Positions 39,924-50,506 of a stretch of 64,000 nucleotides of DNA are shown here, in pieces. The stretch is from Dehalococcoidia bacterium. GTDB lineage: Bacteria > Chloroflexota > Dehalococcoidia > Lucifugimonadales > UBA3495. A model generated the notes under the pieces. That model was not told the DNA's origin. It did not search any database and saw only the letters and a program-made list of their open reading frames with translations. Position 1 is the first letter of the stretch. Every line of letters begins with the position of its first letter. Where the stretch lies: assembly GCA_030740155.1 (NCBI GenBank), contig JASLXV010000023.1, positions 1 through 64,000 of the forward strand, given 5' to 3'. The position numbers were made by a program, and so were the translations under genes.

Positions 39924-41090
39924 ATGCGACAGAGCGCCGACGTGGTCATCATTGGCGGTGGGGTTATGGGGTGCAGCATGCTGTATAACCTGGCCCGGTT
40001 GGGAGTCACCAACTCCCTGCTGGTGGAACGGGACGTGCTGGGGTCCGGCTCCACCGGCCGCTCCCAGGCCATCTGCCGGATGCACTACTCCAATCCGGTG
40101 ACGGCCTCGATGGCCTGGGAGAGCCTCAAGGTCTTTACCAACTTCGACGACGCCGTCGGCGGCAGCTCGGGGTTCGTCAAGACCGGGTATCTGGTCATAG
40201 TCGAGGATGTCGATCGGCCTGGGCTCGAACGAAATGTGGCGATGCAGCAGGAGCTGGGCATCAATACCAGCCAGGTCACTGCCGCCGATCTGAGAGAGCT
40301 GGCCCCGATGCTCGCCGTCGATGAGACGGAAGCCCTGGCCTGGGAGCCGGAGTCGGGATATGCCGACCCGTACATGTTGACCACATCCTACGCGGCGCGA
40401 GCCCGTGATATGGGCGCGGAAATCATGTTGCGGGCCCCGGCTCAGATGATAGAAGTGTCGGGGGACCGGGTCCGCGCGGTGGTGACCGATCAGGGCAGGG
40501 TGGAGACACCGATCGCCGTGGTGGCCGCCGGCCCCTGGTCCAAGATAGAACTGGCCAAAGTGGGGGTCGACGCGCCTCTGGTTCCGGTCCGCCACCAGGT
40601 GGCACTGCTCACCCGGCCGCTGGACCGGATACCCGATCACCCTATCGTCGGAGACATCGCCCAATCCTTATCGTTCCGGCCTGACGGCTCTTCCATGACC
40701 ATGCTGGGGGTTGGCGAGGACGAGGTGGCAGACGTCGATAGCTACAACCAGGGTGTGGAGATGTCGGGCATCGCCGATGCGCTGGGCCGGATGGCCCGCA
40801 GAATGCCCGGAATGGCCGATTCATACGTCCGTGGCGGCTGGGCCGGCCTCTTCACCACCACCCCGGACTGGCACCCCATCCTGGACCGGGTCCCAGGCAT
40901 CGAAGGGCTGTACTGCGCCGTGGGGTTCAGCGGGCACGGGTTCAAATTGTCACCCATGATCGGCTTGGCCATGGCCGAGTTGATCGCCCAGGGGCGGGCC
41001 ACGTCCATCGACATTTCGCCGCTACGCTTCACCCGGTTCGCTGAGGGGGACCTGCTTTCCTCCAGCTTCAGGTACCGGGTGCTTGCCTGA
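39924..41090 (+). CDS. FAD-dependent oxidoreductase (DAO/sarcosine oxidase beta-like)
   Basis: IIGGGVMG, GSTGRS, TPDWHPI, GFSGHGFK. Confidence 0.93.
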   Translation: MRQSADVVIIGGGVMGCSMLYNLARLGVTNSLLVERDVLGSGSTGRSQAICRMHYSNPVTASMAWESLKVFTNFDDAVGGSSGFVKTGYLVIVEDVDRPGLERNVAMQQELGINTSQVTAADLRELAPMLAVDETEALAWEPESGYADPYMLTTSYAARARDMGAEIMLRAPAQMIEVSGDRVRAVVTDQGRVETPIAVVAAGPWSKIELAKVGVDAPLVPVRHQVALLTRPLDRIPDHPIVGDIAQSLSFRPDGSSMTMLGVGEDEVADVDSYNQGVEMSGIADALGRMARRMPGMADSYVRGGWAGLFTTTPDWHPILDRVPGIEGLYCAVGFSGHGFKLSPMIGLAMAELIAQGRATSIDISPLRFTRFAEGDLLSSSFRYRVLA

Positions 41091-41141
41091 CGCCGCCGGC
41101 CTGACGCCATTGCACAGAGGAACGGGACCGGAGCACCAGCG

Positions 41142-42461
41142 ATGCTGAGAGGTGGCCGCAGGGTGCTGCTGGCCGTTTTCCTGGGCCTCTTGGTGCTGGC
41201 CGCCGGAAACGGCGATTACCGGCCCTCGGCGTTGGACCTGGCGGTAGCGCCCTACCGGTACAGCCTGGTCCGCTGGGAGCTGTCCCACTTCCTGGAAAAA
41301 TGGGTCAACAAGCTGGAGGACCTGCTGCCCTGGGCCTCGACGCCGTCGCGTGAGGACCGAATCGCCCGGGCGGTGGAGTTCTTTGACCTGGGCGAAACGT
41401 TGCGGGGCCTGGAGCACCGGCTCCGGTTCCCCGAGTCGAACGCCGGGAGTCCGTCGCCGGAGGATCAGGGCCGGCCTCTCCGGGCCGAGATTGAGGAAAT
41501 CAGAGAGCGGCGACGCCACCTGCGGGAGGGTGTGGAGGAGACGATAGAGGGCGAGATCAGCGCCGTGCTCGCCACGGAAGGGTTCGCCTCCCGGATCGGC
41601 CTCATCTTTCCGCCGGTGGACACCGTCTTTTCCGGGTCTCCCGGGGCGCTGATACTGTCGCCGAGGGACCGGATCGAGCGGCAGTTGACGGTCTTGCTGA
41701 TTCCCGGCCTGGACGACGACGTCCGGGAACAGATCGAGGAGCAGATCTTCCAAGGGGAAAACATGGCGGCCCTGGTGGCAAGCACCGGCGGTGTGGCCAC
41801 CTACCCCAGCGTGGTTTCCGATTCCGGCAGTCTCCACCATGCCGTGGTGACCACCGCTCACGAATGGCTCCACCATTGGTTCTTCTTCCAACCGCTGGGG
41901 CAGCACTTCTGGGACAGCTCCCAAATGACCACCCTGAACGAGACGGCAGCGACACTGGGCGGCCGGGCGATCGGGGACCGGGCCTTCACGGCCATGACCG
42001 GGGAGCGGATAAACCGCGATCCGCCACCGGAGCCCGTGGCCCCGGACCCCGAGGCCTTCGACTTCAATGCCGCCATGCGCGAGACCCGGGTGAAGACCGA
42101 GGAGCTGCTGGCCGAAGGCAACATCGAGGAGGCGGAGGCGTATATGGAGGAGCGACGCCGGTTCCTGGCGGACAACGGCAGCTTCATTCGGAAGATCAAC
42201 CAGGCCTTCTTCGCCTTTCACGGGTCCTACGCCACCAGCGCGGCGTCGATCAGCCCCATAGACGCTCAACTGAGGGAGCTTCAGGACCGCAGTGGCTCCC
42301 TGGAGGGCTTCATCAAGTCCGTCGGCCGGTTCGGCAGCTACCAGGAGTTCCTGGACCACCTGGAACAGCCTCAGGCGGGGCAAGGCCGGGCGGCGGGGGA
42401 CCAGGGCGCCGGCATCGAAGACCCGGCCGGCAGGCCCGAGACCTTGGCCTCCGCACCCTGA
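41142..42461 (+). CDS. Exported putative zinc metallopeptidase (HExxH...E)
   Basis: N-terminal signal/TM, AHEWLHH, LNETAA, NQAFFAFHGSY. Confidence 0.75.
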   Translation: MLRGGRRVLLAVFLGLLVLAAGNGDYRPSALDLAVAPYRYSLVRWELSHFLEKWVNKLEDLLPWASTPSREDRIARAVEFFDLGETLRGLEHRLRFPESNAGSPSPEDQGRPLRAEIEEIRERRRHLREGVEETIEGEISAVLATEGFASRIGLIFPPVDTVFSGSPGALILSPRDRIERQLTVLLIPGLDDDVREQIEEQIFQGENMAALVASTGGVATYPSVVSDSGSLHHAVVTTAHEWLHHWFFFQPLGQHFWDSSQMTTLNETAATLGGRAIGDRAFTAMTGERINRDPPPEPVAPDPEAFDFNAAMRETRVKTEELLAEGNIEEAEAYMEERRRFLADNGSFIRKINQAFFAFHGSYATSAASISPIDAQLRELQDRSGSLEGFIKSVGRFGSYQEFLDHLEQPQAGQGRAAGDQGAGIEDPAGRPETLASAP

Positions 42462-42476
42462 CGGCTTCTTGACCGG

Positions 42477-43760
42477 TCAGCGCTCGTCCTCGGCCCAGAA
42501 TTCCTCCGGCCGCTTGTTATACTTCCCATAGCTCAGCACATCGTCGAACCACAGCCAGAACCGGTTCAGCCACCGCCAGCGCCAGTGTTTGATGGAGATG
42601 CGAGCCGCCACGTGCACCCAGTGGGTGGACTTGGTCCAAGGGCAGGTCCGGGTGCAATTGGAGCAGGTGGTGCCGACCCGGTTCTGGTACCCCATGCACT
42701 TCTTCGCGTCGACCATCCACTGGAGGACCCCGGTGGTGTTGCACTCGTTGTTTGGCTGATAGCTTCGCTCGCCCGTCGGAATGGCCCCGGCACCGCACTT
42801 CCGGGTGCATTTCAGACAGATATCGCAGAACTCGGTGATGCCGAAGTCCCGGGCGCCGTCGGGCTCCAGCGGCAGGTCGGTGATGACTTTGGATATCCGC
42901 AGGCGGGACCCAATCTTGGGGTTGATCAGGTTGCTGTGCCGGCCCACCTGACCGAGCCCCGCGTCGACGGCCAGGGGGATGCTCAGCGCCACGTCGTTGC
43001 CGCAAGGGATTGCGTGGTACCCCAGGCCTCGAATAAACTCGGCCAGCATCCAAACGGTTGGCGCCAGCCTGGTATAGGCCATGGTGCTGAACGCCTCCGT
43101 GAGGAGGGTCGGCGCGTACTCCGCGCCCTTGGAGCCCCCGGGCCATTCGTGCAGCATCACCACCACGTACTGCATCTCCTTTGGAATGACGCGAGTCCCA
43201 TCTTCCAGAAGAGTGGGCGCATCGTACTGTTCCAGGCCGGGCTCGTCGGAGAACTTGATGGGGTACTGTTTCATCGCCTTCTTGTCGAAGTAATGGGAGT
43301 ACACCCAACGCCGGTCCAGCCTGGCAATACCGGCCTGGTTCGCGCCGAACACCCTGGCGGCCTTACGCACGACCTTGGATGCCTCTTTGGTGGGAGCCTC
43401 CCAGCGCTGCCCTGGCGCGGGTCCCAACTGGGACTGCCAGGCGGTGGAGGGCTGATCCGGCTCATTCTTCGAGAACCTCAGCAGATTGAGGAAGGAATCT
43501 GCCGCGGCGTCCAGGCTCCAGGCGGGCCGGTCGTAGCCGCTCCGCCCCTTTTCAACAAGCAGGTGCTGCTTGGTTTTTAGCTTGGCGCGTTCCGCGAAAG
43601 CCACCGGATCATAGAGCGCCTGGGTGCCCATATTGTTCATCTGGTTGAACCTTACGTACGAGCTTTGCACCTCGTACATTTCGGCAGCCGTGACAAAGCC
43701 GTTTGGGCTCGGGTTCTCTGGTTGTTGCACCTTAGGGGCCGGCCGCTGCTTGATCTTCAT
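42477..43760 (-). CDS. Reductive dehalogenase (RdhA)-like cobalamin/2x[4Fe-4S] protein
   Basis: ARVFGANQAGIARLDRRWVYSH, SIPLAVDAGLGQVGR, VITDLPL, FCDICLKCTRKC and C...CSNCTRTCPW. Confidence 0.85.
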   Translation of the reverse strand: MKIKQRPAPKVQQPENPSPNGFVTAAEMYEVQSSYVRFNQMNNMGTQALYDPVAFAERAKLKTKQHLLVEKGRSGYDRPAWSLDAAADSFLNLLRFSKNEPDQPSTAWQSQLGPAPGQRWEAPTKEASKVVRKAARVFGANQAGIARLDRRWVYSHYFDKKAMKQYPIKFSDEPGLEQYDAPTLLEDGTRVIPKEMQYVVVMLHEWPGGSKGAEYAPTLLTEAFSTMAYTRLAPTVWMLAEFIRGLGYHAIPCGNDVALSIPLAVDAGLGQVGRHSNLINPKIGSRLRISKVITDLPLEPDGARDFGITEFCDICLKCTRKCGAGAIPTGERSYQPNNECNTTGVLQWMVDAKKCMGYQNRVGTTCSNCTRTCPWTKSTHWVHVAARISIKHWRWRWLNRFWLWFDDVLSYGKYNKRPEEFWAEDER

Positions 43761-44048
43761 GCCGTAAGAACTCCAATGGGCGCCAAATTATCGGTCGCCG
43801 CTCCGGATACCGGATCAGGGACGTACAAATCTCTGGCCTCTCTACCCTCCAAGGCCACGGTTGCCTCCGCTAGTTTAGTGCCGTGTAATTGGCTTGTCAC
43901 CCAGCCGGTAATCCCGGCGGCGCTTCTCTGGATTCCGGCCTTCGCCGGAATGACGGGAGCGGATGGGACTACCGCCCAGTTTCGCCGATTTAGATTCATT
44001 GCACAAAATACGCTAATCCCTGGTTTCGGTCACGGCCGTTAAGCTCAT

Positions 44049-44111
44049 CCGTTGTCCCAGAGCCTGTCGAAGGGCGCCGCGCCGGTGGTTCGACAGGCTC
44101 ACCACGAACGG
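44049..44111. repeat. TTCGACAGGCTC-type palindromic repeat
   Basis: CCGTT...GAGCCTGTCGAA-N-TTCGACAGGCTC...AACGG inverted pair. Confidence 0.75.
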
Positions 44112-44212
44112 TCGAATTTCGTCGCGGTTCGTTCTCCCGGCATCGCCCGGAGGGGCGTAACGGCGCTCACCGCGAACGGCGCCGGTGGAGCCGATTATCA
44201 CGAGACAGCCGG

Positions 44213-44989
44213 CTAGCCGTCCCCCAGGTGTCTGATCTCCCGCAGGAACTCCGCGCCGGCGAGTGCGACAAGGTCCGACAGGCCCAGGTCGAACTTCTTG
44301 ACCCCCAACTCGTATCGACGTTTGGTTGCCTCGCGATCGAACACCACGCTGAGGCTGACATCCACGCCCGCCTTGACGATCTCCACGATCATGGCGTCCA
44401 TGGTCCGGTCGACCTCTGCCTGGTCCGGCATGCCCATGGACTGCCACAAGTCCCTGGGGCCGATCTGAATACAGTCGATACCCGGCACGGCGAGAATCTC
44501 CGACAGATTCTGAACCGCCTCGACCTCCTCCAGTTGGCACAGGACGAACACCTCCCGGTTGGCCATCTCGGTGTATTCGCGTCCGATGACGTCCAGCCCA
44601 AACCACGCCCCCCGGCCCTTTTCGTACACGGTACGCGAACCCTCGGGGTAGAACCGGCAGGCCTGGACCACGGCGCGGGCGTCCACGGCCGTGTTGATTC
44701 GAGGGATATGGACCCCGGCGGCGCCCACGTCCAGGTAGCGTAGTATTTGATCCTCTGAGAACGCCATCCGGATTATGACCGGGATGTTGAAGGCGTCTCC
44801 GGCCCGAATGAGGTTCTCCACCTCCCGCTCGTCCATGGGCAGATGCTCGCAGTCGATGGTCACGTAGTCATATTCCAACGCCCCAAACAGCTCGACCATC
44901 TCGGGACAATACGAACCGAGTCTCCCACCCACCACAATCTGGTTCTCTTTGAGCTTTGCCTTCATGCTATTGCTGCGTATTCTCATCAT
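44213..44989 (-). CDS. HpcH/HpaI aldolase family protein
   Basis: IDCEH, LDVGAAGVHIP, YPEGSR, QLEE, IGPRDL. Confidence 0.92.
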   Translation of the reverse strand: MMRIRSNSMKAKLKENQIVVGGRLGSYCPEMVELFGALEYDYVTIDCEHLPMDEREVENLIRAGDAFNIPVIIRMAFSEDQILRYLDVGAAGVHIPRINTAVDARAVVQACRFYPEGSRTVYEKGRGAWFGLDVIGREYTEMANREVFVLCQLEEVEAVQNLSEILAVPGIDCIQIGPRDLWQSMGMPDQAEVDRTMDAMIVEIVKAGVDVSLSVVFDREATKRRYELGVKKFDLGLSDLVALAGAEFLREIRHLGDG

Positions 44990-45066
44990 CACCCCTTGTG
45001 AGTTGCTCTTCGGCCGCTTGACCGAGCGGCAGGAACGCGACTTGCCGTCGGCCGCGGGTCAACAGT

Positions 45067-47064
45067 CTACAGGTACCGGCCGGCCCGGGCGCCGTCCAGC
45101 ACCGCGTGGAATATCCGGCGCGGGGCCAGGCAGTCACCGGCCAAATGGAGTTCCTTGACCCGGCCTTTCAGCGCCCTCGCAAGCTGGGTATTGGCGCGGC
45201 TGCCGCACGCCAGCACGACCGTTTCTATGCCCTCTATCCGGCGCTCTCGCCTGGTCAAGGTGTTCCGGACCACGATGCTTTCCTCTCCTATCGCTTTGAG
45301 CCCAGTCAAGGGCGAGAGGGTAACTCCCTTTTCCAAGAGCCGCTTGGTCAGCAGGTACTTGGTGGCATCCTCGATACCCTGACCCACGGTCAGCAATTCC
45401 GAAATCAGTTCCACGTCTTTACCCTGGTCCGCCAGGAACTCGGCAATCGATGGGGCGGGCAGATGGTCCTCGACGCCTCCGACAACCAGCACCTTCTGCC
45501 CAACCTGGGCCTCCCCCTGGAGGACCTGCATGGAGGTCACCACCCGTGCGTCATCCACGCCGGGAACCGGAGGAACATAGGGCTCGGCGCCGGTGGCCAG
45601 CACCACGGCGTCGGGAGCAAGCTCGGCCACCAATTCCGGGGTTATCTCTTCGCCCAGTAGTAGCTCCACTCCCAGTTTCTTGAGTTGAGAGTGGAGATAG
45701 ACAATCATATCTCCCAGTTGCCGGCGGTTGGGGTCACGAGCGATGATGCTAACCTTGCCGCCGAGTTCGGTCCGGCGCTCACTCAGCAGGACACGGTGTC
45801 CCCTGAGGGCGGCCAGCCGGGCCGCCTCCATCCCCGCCGGGCCGCCTCCCACGATGAGGACGAGCTTCTTGGCCCGAGCCGGCGCAAAATCCATCTCCTC
45901 TTCCCGGCCCGCCGCCGCGTTCACCGCGCACATCACCGGCCGTCGCCGCCCCACGTAATGGCATTCGTTGGTGACGATGCAGGTCCTGATGTCCTCGAGC
46001 CTGCCCTCCCTGGCCTTGTTGGCAAATTCTGGGTCGGCGATGAAGGCCCGGGCCATCCCCACCATGTCGGCGGAGCCTTCGGCGATGATGCCCTCGGCGA
46101 GCGACGGGTCGTTGATCCTGCCGGCCACGATTACCGGAATGTCCACCACCGCCTTGATCGCGGCGGCCATGGGAACGTTGGGGCCGGGCGGCACGTAGGA
46201 CGGGCTCGTGTAGGCCAGCTTTAGCCCATCCTTGGTGAGTCCCATATGAGTTCCGCCGCTGATATTTATGAAATCGATGTGCTGGTTCAACCGCCGGGCG
46301 AGCCCTTTCACGTCCTCCAGCGTCAGGCCGCCTTCGAAGCGCTCGTCGCCGGTGATGCGCACCCCCACCGGGAAGCTTGGGCCCACCAGTTCCCTGGTGG
46401 CCTCCAGCATCTCCAACAGGAAGCGGAGCCGGTTGTCCGGGTTGCCCCCGTATCGGTCGTTGCGCCGGTTGGTATGGGGCGATAGGAACTGGTTTACCAG
46501 ATACCCGTGAGCCGCGCCGATCTCCACGCCGTCCAGGCCCGCTTCCTTGATCCTCCTGGCGCCATGGGCGAATACCCGGACCAGCTCCGCGATCTCCTCT
46601 GCCTCCAACTCGTGAGGCACTTCCAGGTCGTACTCGTCGATCACCTCGGAGGGTCCCATAGCCAGACGCAGGGCGCCCGCATGCTGGATCGCGATCCCCA
46701 GGTGGAGCACCTGCCCAACGCAGACGGCGCCATGGCGGTGCACCGCTTCGGCCCGCCTTCGAAACACCGGAATCAGCGCATCATCGTAGTGACGGATGCC
46801 CTCAGGCGTGGCCGGATTGAGGGGCACTACGTCGGGATCCGACGCATGGCCGGGGACGAACCGCCCCGGACCCACCGAGTAATGGTGCACTCCCTCGCCC
46901 GAATTGATCCCGATCAGCCCCACTCCCCCACGGGCCCGCTCCTCCAGATAGCGGAGGTTTCTGCCTTCCGACAGGCGGGTGTGATGGGTGGTCATCATCA
47001 ACCGGTTGCGCACCAGCAGGGAACCGAGATTGATGGGCTGAAAGAGATGCTTGAAATCGGACAT
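45067..47064 (-). CDS. NADH:flavin oxidoreductase (OYE/FadH/TMADH-like, with FAD domain)
   Basis: HLFQPINLG, AHGYLVNQFLSP, NRRNDRYGG, GGGPAGMEAA; start at MSDFKHLF. Confidence 0.93.
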   Translation of the reverse strand: MSDFKHLFQPINLGSLLVRNRLMMTTHHTRLSEGRNLRYLEERARGGVGLIGINSGEGVHHYSVGPGRFVPGHASDPDVVPLNPATPEGIRHYDDALIPVFRRRAEAVHRHGAVCVGQVLHLGIAIQHAGALRLAMGPSEVIDEYDLEVPHELEAEEIAELVRVFAHGARRIKEAGLDGVEIGAAHGYLVNQFLSPHTNRRNDRYGGNPDNRLRFLLEMLEATRELVGPSFPVGVRITGDERFEGGLTLEDVKGLARRLNQHIDFINISGGTHMGLTKDGLKLAYTSPSYVPPGPNVPMAAAIKAVVDIPVIVAGRINDPSLAEGIIAEGSADMVGMARAFIADPEFANKAREGRLEDIRTCIVTNECHYVGRRRPVMCAVNAAAGREEEMDFAPARAKKLVLIVGGGPAGMEAARLAALRGHRVLLSERRTELGGKVSIIARDPNRRQLGDMIVYLHSQLKKLGVELLLGEEITPELVAELAPDAVVLATGAEPYVPPVPGVDDARVVTSMQVLQGEAQVGQKVLVVGGVEDHLPAPSIAEFLADQGKDVELISELLTVGQGIEDATKYLLTKRLLEKGVTLSPLTGLKAIGEESIVVRNTLTRRERRIEGIETVVLACGSRANTQLARALKGRVKELHLAGDCLAPRRIFHAVLDGARAGRYL

Positions 47065-47599
47065 CTTGTTGCACGCTCTACTTCGCCAGGGCGACGAGAC
47101 TACCGCACTATCAATGCCAAAATTCAGGATCAGGATTCGGGCGTCGCAAAAACTCGCCTCCCCAACGGTGATGATTCTATGGACCCACCCATATCGTGTC
47201 AATCGCGGCGTCTCTCCTCTGGGCCGGACCTGGTTCGCTCCGACGTGGATGCTCGCCCGCGCCGGTACGACACCCTCCTCTGTGAGTTGCTCCGGAGAGG
47301 CCGGAAAATTACCTGAAAGTTCGGCCGGAATGCCGGGGATACCATCCCATCCGGGCATGTGCTACTATTCCGGTTGCGCCAGTACTCGAATGGGGATGTC
47401 GCCGTTTACCGTCGGCCAAGGGAACACCACGTCCGCAAAAACGGGCGCAAGAACGGCCGTTTTCCCCACATCACCGGATAATCCGGGGCGCGCCTTATGG
47501 GCAACGCGCCTCTGTACGATCACTCCAATATCCACTTGAGATACGGGATGAACCACGGGTCCTCCGATGCAGGCCCATTCATCCAACTGGAGGGCGTTC

Positions 47600-50011
47600 A
47601 TGGCCGATCAAGCGCTGGCCGGCGTACGAGTGCTGGACCTTACCCAGGGCGTGGCGGGTCCTTTCTGTACCCGGCTGCTGGCCGACTACGGGGCCGAAGT
47701 GGTGAAGGTGGAGGCCCCCGGCGAGGGCGACAAGACCCGTCACCTGGGCCCTTTTCCCGGAGATATCCCGAACCGGGAAAAAAGCGGCTCCTTCTGGTAC
47801 CTGAACTTCAACAAGAAAGGCATCACCCTGGACCTCGAGGACCCGGAGGACGTTCAGAGCTTGAGGTGCCTGGCCGGCGAGGTGGACCTGCTGGTCGAGA
47901 GCTTCCGGCCCGGGGTCCTGGCCCGGTTTGGGCTGGACCTTGGGGGGCTGCAGAAGGCGAACCCGGGCCTGGTGGTGACCTCCATCACCGACTTCGGCCA
48001 GACCGGACCCTACCGCGACTACCGGGCCTGCCAGCTGGTACTCAGCGCCCTGGGAGGGCTGCTCTGCAACAACGGGTACCCGGAGCGGCCCCCGGTGCAA
48101 ACCGCCGGCTGGCTCTGCGACTACGTGGTGGGCACATTGGCAACCGCGGGAGCCCTGGCCGCCCTCTACCATCGGAACCGGGGCGGACAGGGGCAACACG
48201 TGGACATTTCCGCGATGGACTGCATCGCCGCCATAGTGGGGCGGCAGGTCACGGAGCTTTCCCTCACCGGCCAGCAGGAGGGCCGGCGCGGCTCTGGCTT
48301 CCAGCTCATCCCCTGCCCCGACGGTTACATTGGCGTCAACATCCTGAACTTCCGCCACTGGGAGAATTTTTGCCGGATTATCGGGGCCCCCGACCTGGCT
48401 CAGGACCCCCGCTTCGAGATCAGCCTGGGACGCCAGCGCCACGCCAAGGAGTTGCACCAGCGGATCTTCCAGGCCCTGGAAGGCCGCACGCGGGCGGAGC
48501 TTTTCGCCCAGGGACAGGACCAGGGTGTCCCCATGGGGCTGGTGGCCACTCCCGAAGAGATCCTGGATTTCCCTCAGCATAAGGAGCGTGGCTTCTTCGT
48601 GAAGATGGCGCAGCCCGGAGCAGACAGCCTGCTGGTCCCTGGGGCCCCATTCCGGCCCTCGGCCACGCCGTGGAGGATGTCGTGTCTCGCTCCCACCCTG
48701 GGCCAACACAATGGGGACCTCCGGGATAGCAGCCTGTTCTCTCCCCGGCGAGGCCCTGCGGCGGCCCCGGCGCCTCCGGGCCGGCTGCCCCTCGAAGGCA
48801 TCCGTATCCTGGACTGCACCCACTGGGTGGCGGGTCCCTCGGCCACCCAGTACCTGGCCGCGCTGGGGGCCGAGGTGATCAAGGTGGAGTCGGTGCAGCA
48901 CTTCGACGGGGCGCGAACCTCCGTGTACCAGATGGAGGGGATGGCCTACGAACAGTCGGCCAGCTACATCTTCCGCAACCGTAACAAGAAGGGGATAACC
49001 CTGAACCTCGCGGACCCCAGCGGACAGGAGCTCTTCCGGGGGCTGGTGCGGGAGTGCGACGTGGTGACCGAGAACTACACCCCGAACGTGATGCCCCGCT
49101 TCGGCTTGAGCTATCAGGACCTGAGGCCCCAGAACCCCACGATGGTGATGCTATCCATGTCCGGATACGGCGCCAGCGGGCCTTGGAGCCGCTACCCGGC
49201 GTTCGCCAGCACCTTTGCCCAGATGTCCGGAATCTACCATCTGTCCGGCTATCCGGATTACCTGCCGACACCCCTCGGTGGAGGTGGCGTGGACCCCATC
49301 AACGGGATCATGGGCACGGTGGCCGTGCTGGTGGGCCTGCTCCACCGGCAGCGTACCGGCCAGGGGCAGCACGTGGACTTTAGCCAGCTCGAGGCCATCA
49401 CCACCATGCTGGGAGACTCGTTCCTGGACGTGGGGCTCAATGGACGGGTGCCGATGCGGCAGGGAAACCGCCACCCCAGGGCGGCCCCCTACGGGTGCTA
49501 CCCCTGCCAGGGCGAGGACTCCTGGGTCACCATTGCCGTGTTCACCGACGACGAGTGGCGGCAGCTTTGTCGCGTCATGGGAACGCGCGAGCTGGCGGGC
49601 CAGGAGCGGTTTGCCAGCCTGGAAGCGCGGCTGGCCCATCAGGACGAGCTTGACGAGCTGGTAGGCAAGTGGACGGCGGAGCGCGAAGGCTACGAGGTCA
49701 CGCGAGTGCTCCAGGAAGTTGGCGTAGCATCCGGCCCCGTTCTGCCGCCCGCGTTGCTTCCGAAAGACCCGCACCTGGAGGCAGGAGGATTGTTCGAGGA
49801 AGTGGAGCGGGCCTGGGTGGGCAAACTTCCCTACACCAAAGTTCCCATCCGCTTCTCCGCAACGCCCCTCGGCCCGTCGGCCCCCGCGCCATGCCTGGGA
49901 GAGCACAACGGCCCGGTGCTGGGGAGCCTGGTGGGGTTGGAGGAGGGAGAGCTTCAGGACCTGGAAGCGCGCCAGATTATCGGCACCGAACCCCTGACGG
50001 TGCGGGTCTGA
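47600..50011 (+). CDS. Fused double family III CoA-transferase (CaiB-CaiB)
   Basis: Two domains: LAGVRVLD...APTLGQHN and LEGIRILD...APCLGEHN. Confidence 0.94.
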   Translation: MADQALAGVRVLDLTQGVAGPFCTRLLADYGAEVVKVEAPGEGDKTRHLGPFPGDIPNREKSGSFWYLNFNKKGITLDLEDPEDVQSLRCLAGEVDLLVESFRPGVLARFGLDLGGLQKANPGLVVTSITDFGQTGPYRDYRACQLVLSALGGLLCNNGYPERPPVQTAGWLCDYVVGTLATAGALAALYHRNRGGQGQHVDISAMDCIAAIVGRQVTELSLTGQQEGRRGSGFQLIPCPDGYIGVNILNFRHWENFCRIIGAPDLAQDPRFEISLGRQRHAKELHQRIFQALEGRTRAELFAQGQDQGVPMGLVATPEEILDFPQHKERGFFVKMAQPGADSLLVPGAPFRPSATPWRMSCLAPTLGQHNGDLRDSSLFSPRRGPAAAPAPPGRLPLEGIRILDCTHWVAGPSATQYLAALGAEVIKVESVQHFDGARTSVYQMEGMAYEQSASYIFRNRNKKGITLNLADPSGQELFRGLVRECDVVTENYTPNVMPRFGLSYQDLRPQNPTMVMLSMSGYGASGPWSRYPAFASTFAQMSGIYHLSGYPDYLPTPLGGGGVDPINGIMGTVAVLVGLLHRQRTGQGQHVDFSQLEAITTMLGDSFLDVGLNGRVPMRQGNRHPRAAPYGCYPCQGEDSWVTIAVFTDDEWRQLCRVMGTRELAGQERFASLEARLAHQDELDELVGKWTAEREGYEVTRVLQEVGVASGPVLPPALLPKDPHLEAGGLFEEVERAWVGKLPYTKVPIRFSATPLGPSAPAPCLGEHNGPVLGSLVGLEEGELQDLEARQIIGTEPLTVRV

Positions 50012-50034
50012 GCGCCGGCGAGGATTGCGAGGAA

Positions 50035-50162
50035 ATCCCCCTCGGTCCCCTTTTGCAAAGGGGGATGCACGGTGGCCCTGGTCTCATGGGCCTCACGTTG
50101 GCAAGGATTGCGAGGAGGCCCTCCACGGTCCCCCTTTGTTAAAGGGGGATACAGGGGGATTT
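50035..50162. repeat. CCCC(C)TTT-N-AAAGGGGG palindromic repeats (two units)
   Basis: TCCCCTTTTGCAAAGGGGGA and TCCCCCTTTGTTAAAGGGGGA; related hairpin at 39288-39328. Confidence 0.65.
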
Positions 50163-50506
50163 GGCCCCAACCAAGTTCCAGAACAAGTATAACTGTCCAT
50201 TCAAAAGCCGGTGATTCACGAACTGCGAATGGGTCTGCATCCATGTCGCCAGTATCAGTCGTGGCTTGGCCTGGCGGCTTCCCTGACCCGCGATAACACT
50301 GTTCGGGGCAAAGGCACGCGGGACTCCCCCATCGATACTCGGTGAGCGAGGCGGTTCTGGACAAATCTTCCCAGTTGACGCTACTATTCCTCCATCACTG
50401 TCCTGATGATGGATCCTACCCAGTTTACCGGGCTGAACGCCTGCTTTCCGGGAAGATGTTCGCGGGCGAAGCGACGGTGGTGCAACCAAGATAAGGGGGG
50501 AGTCGT

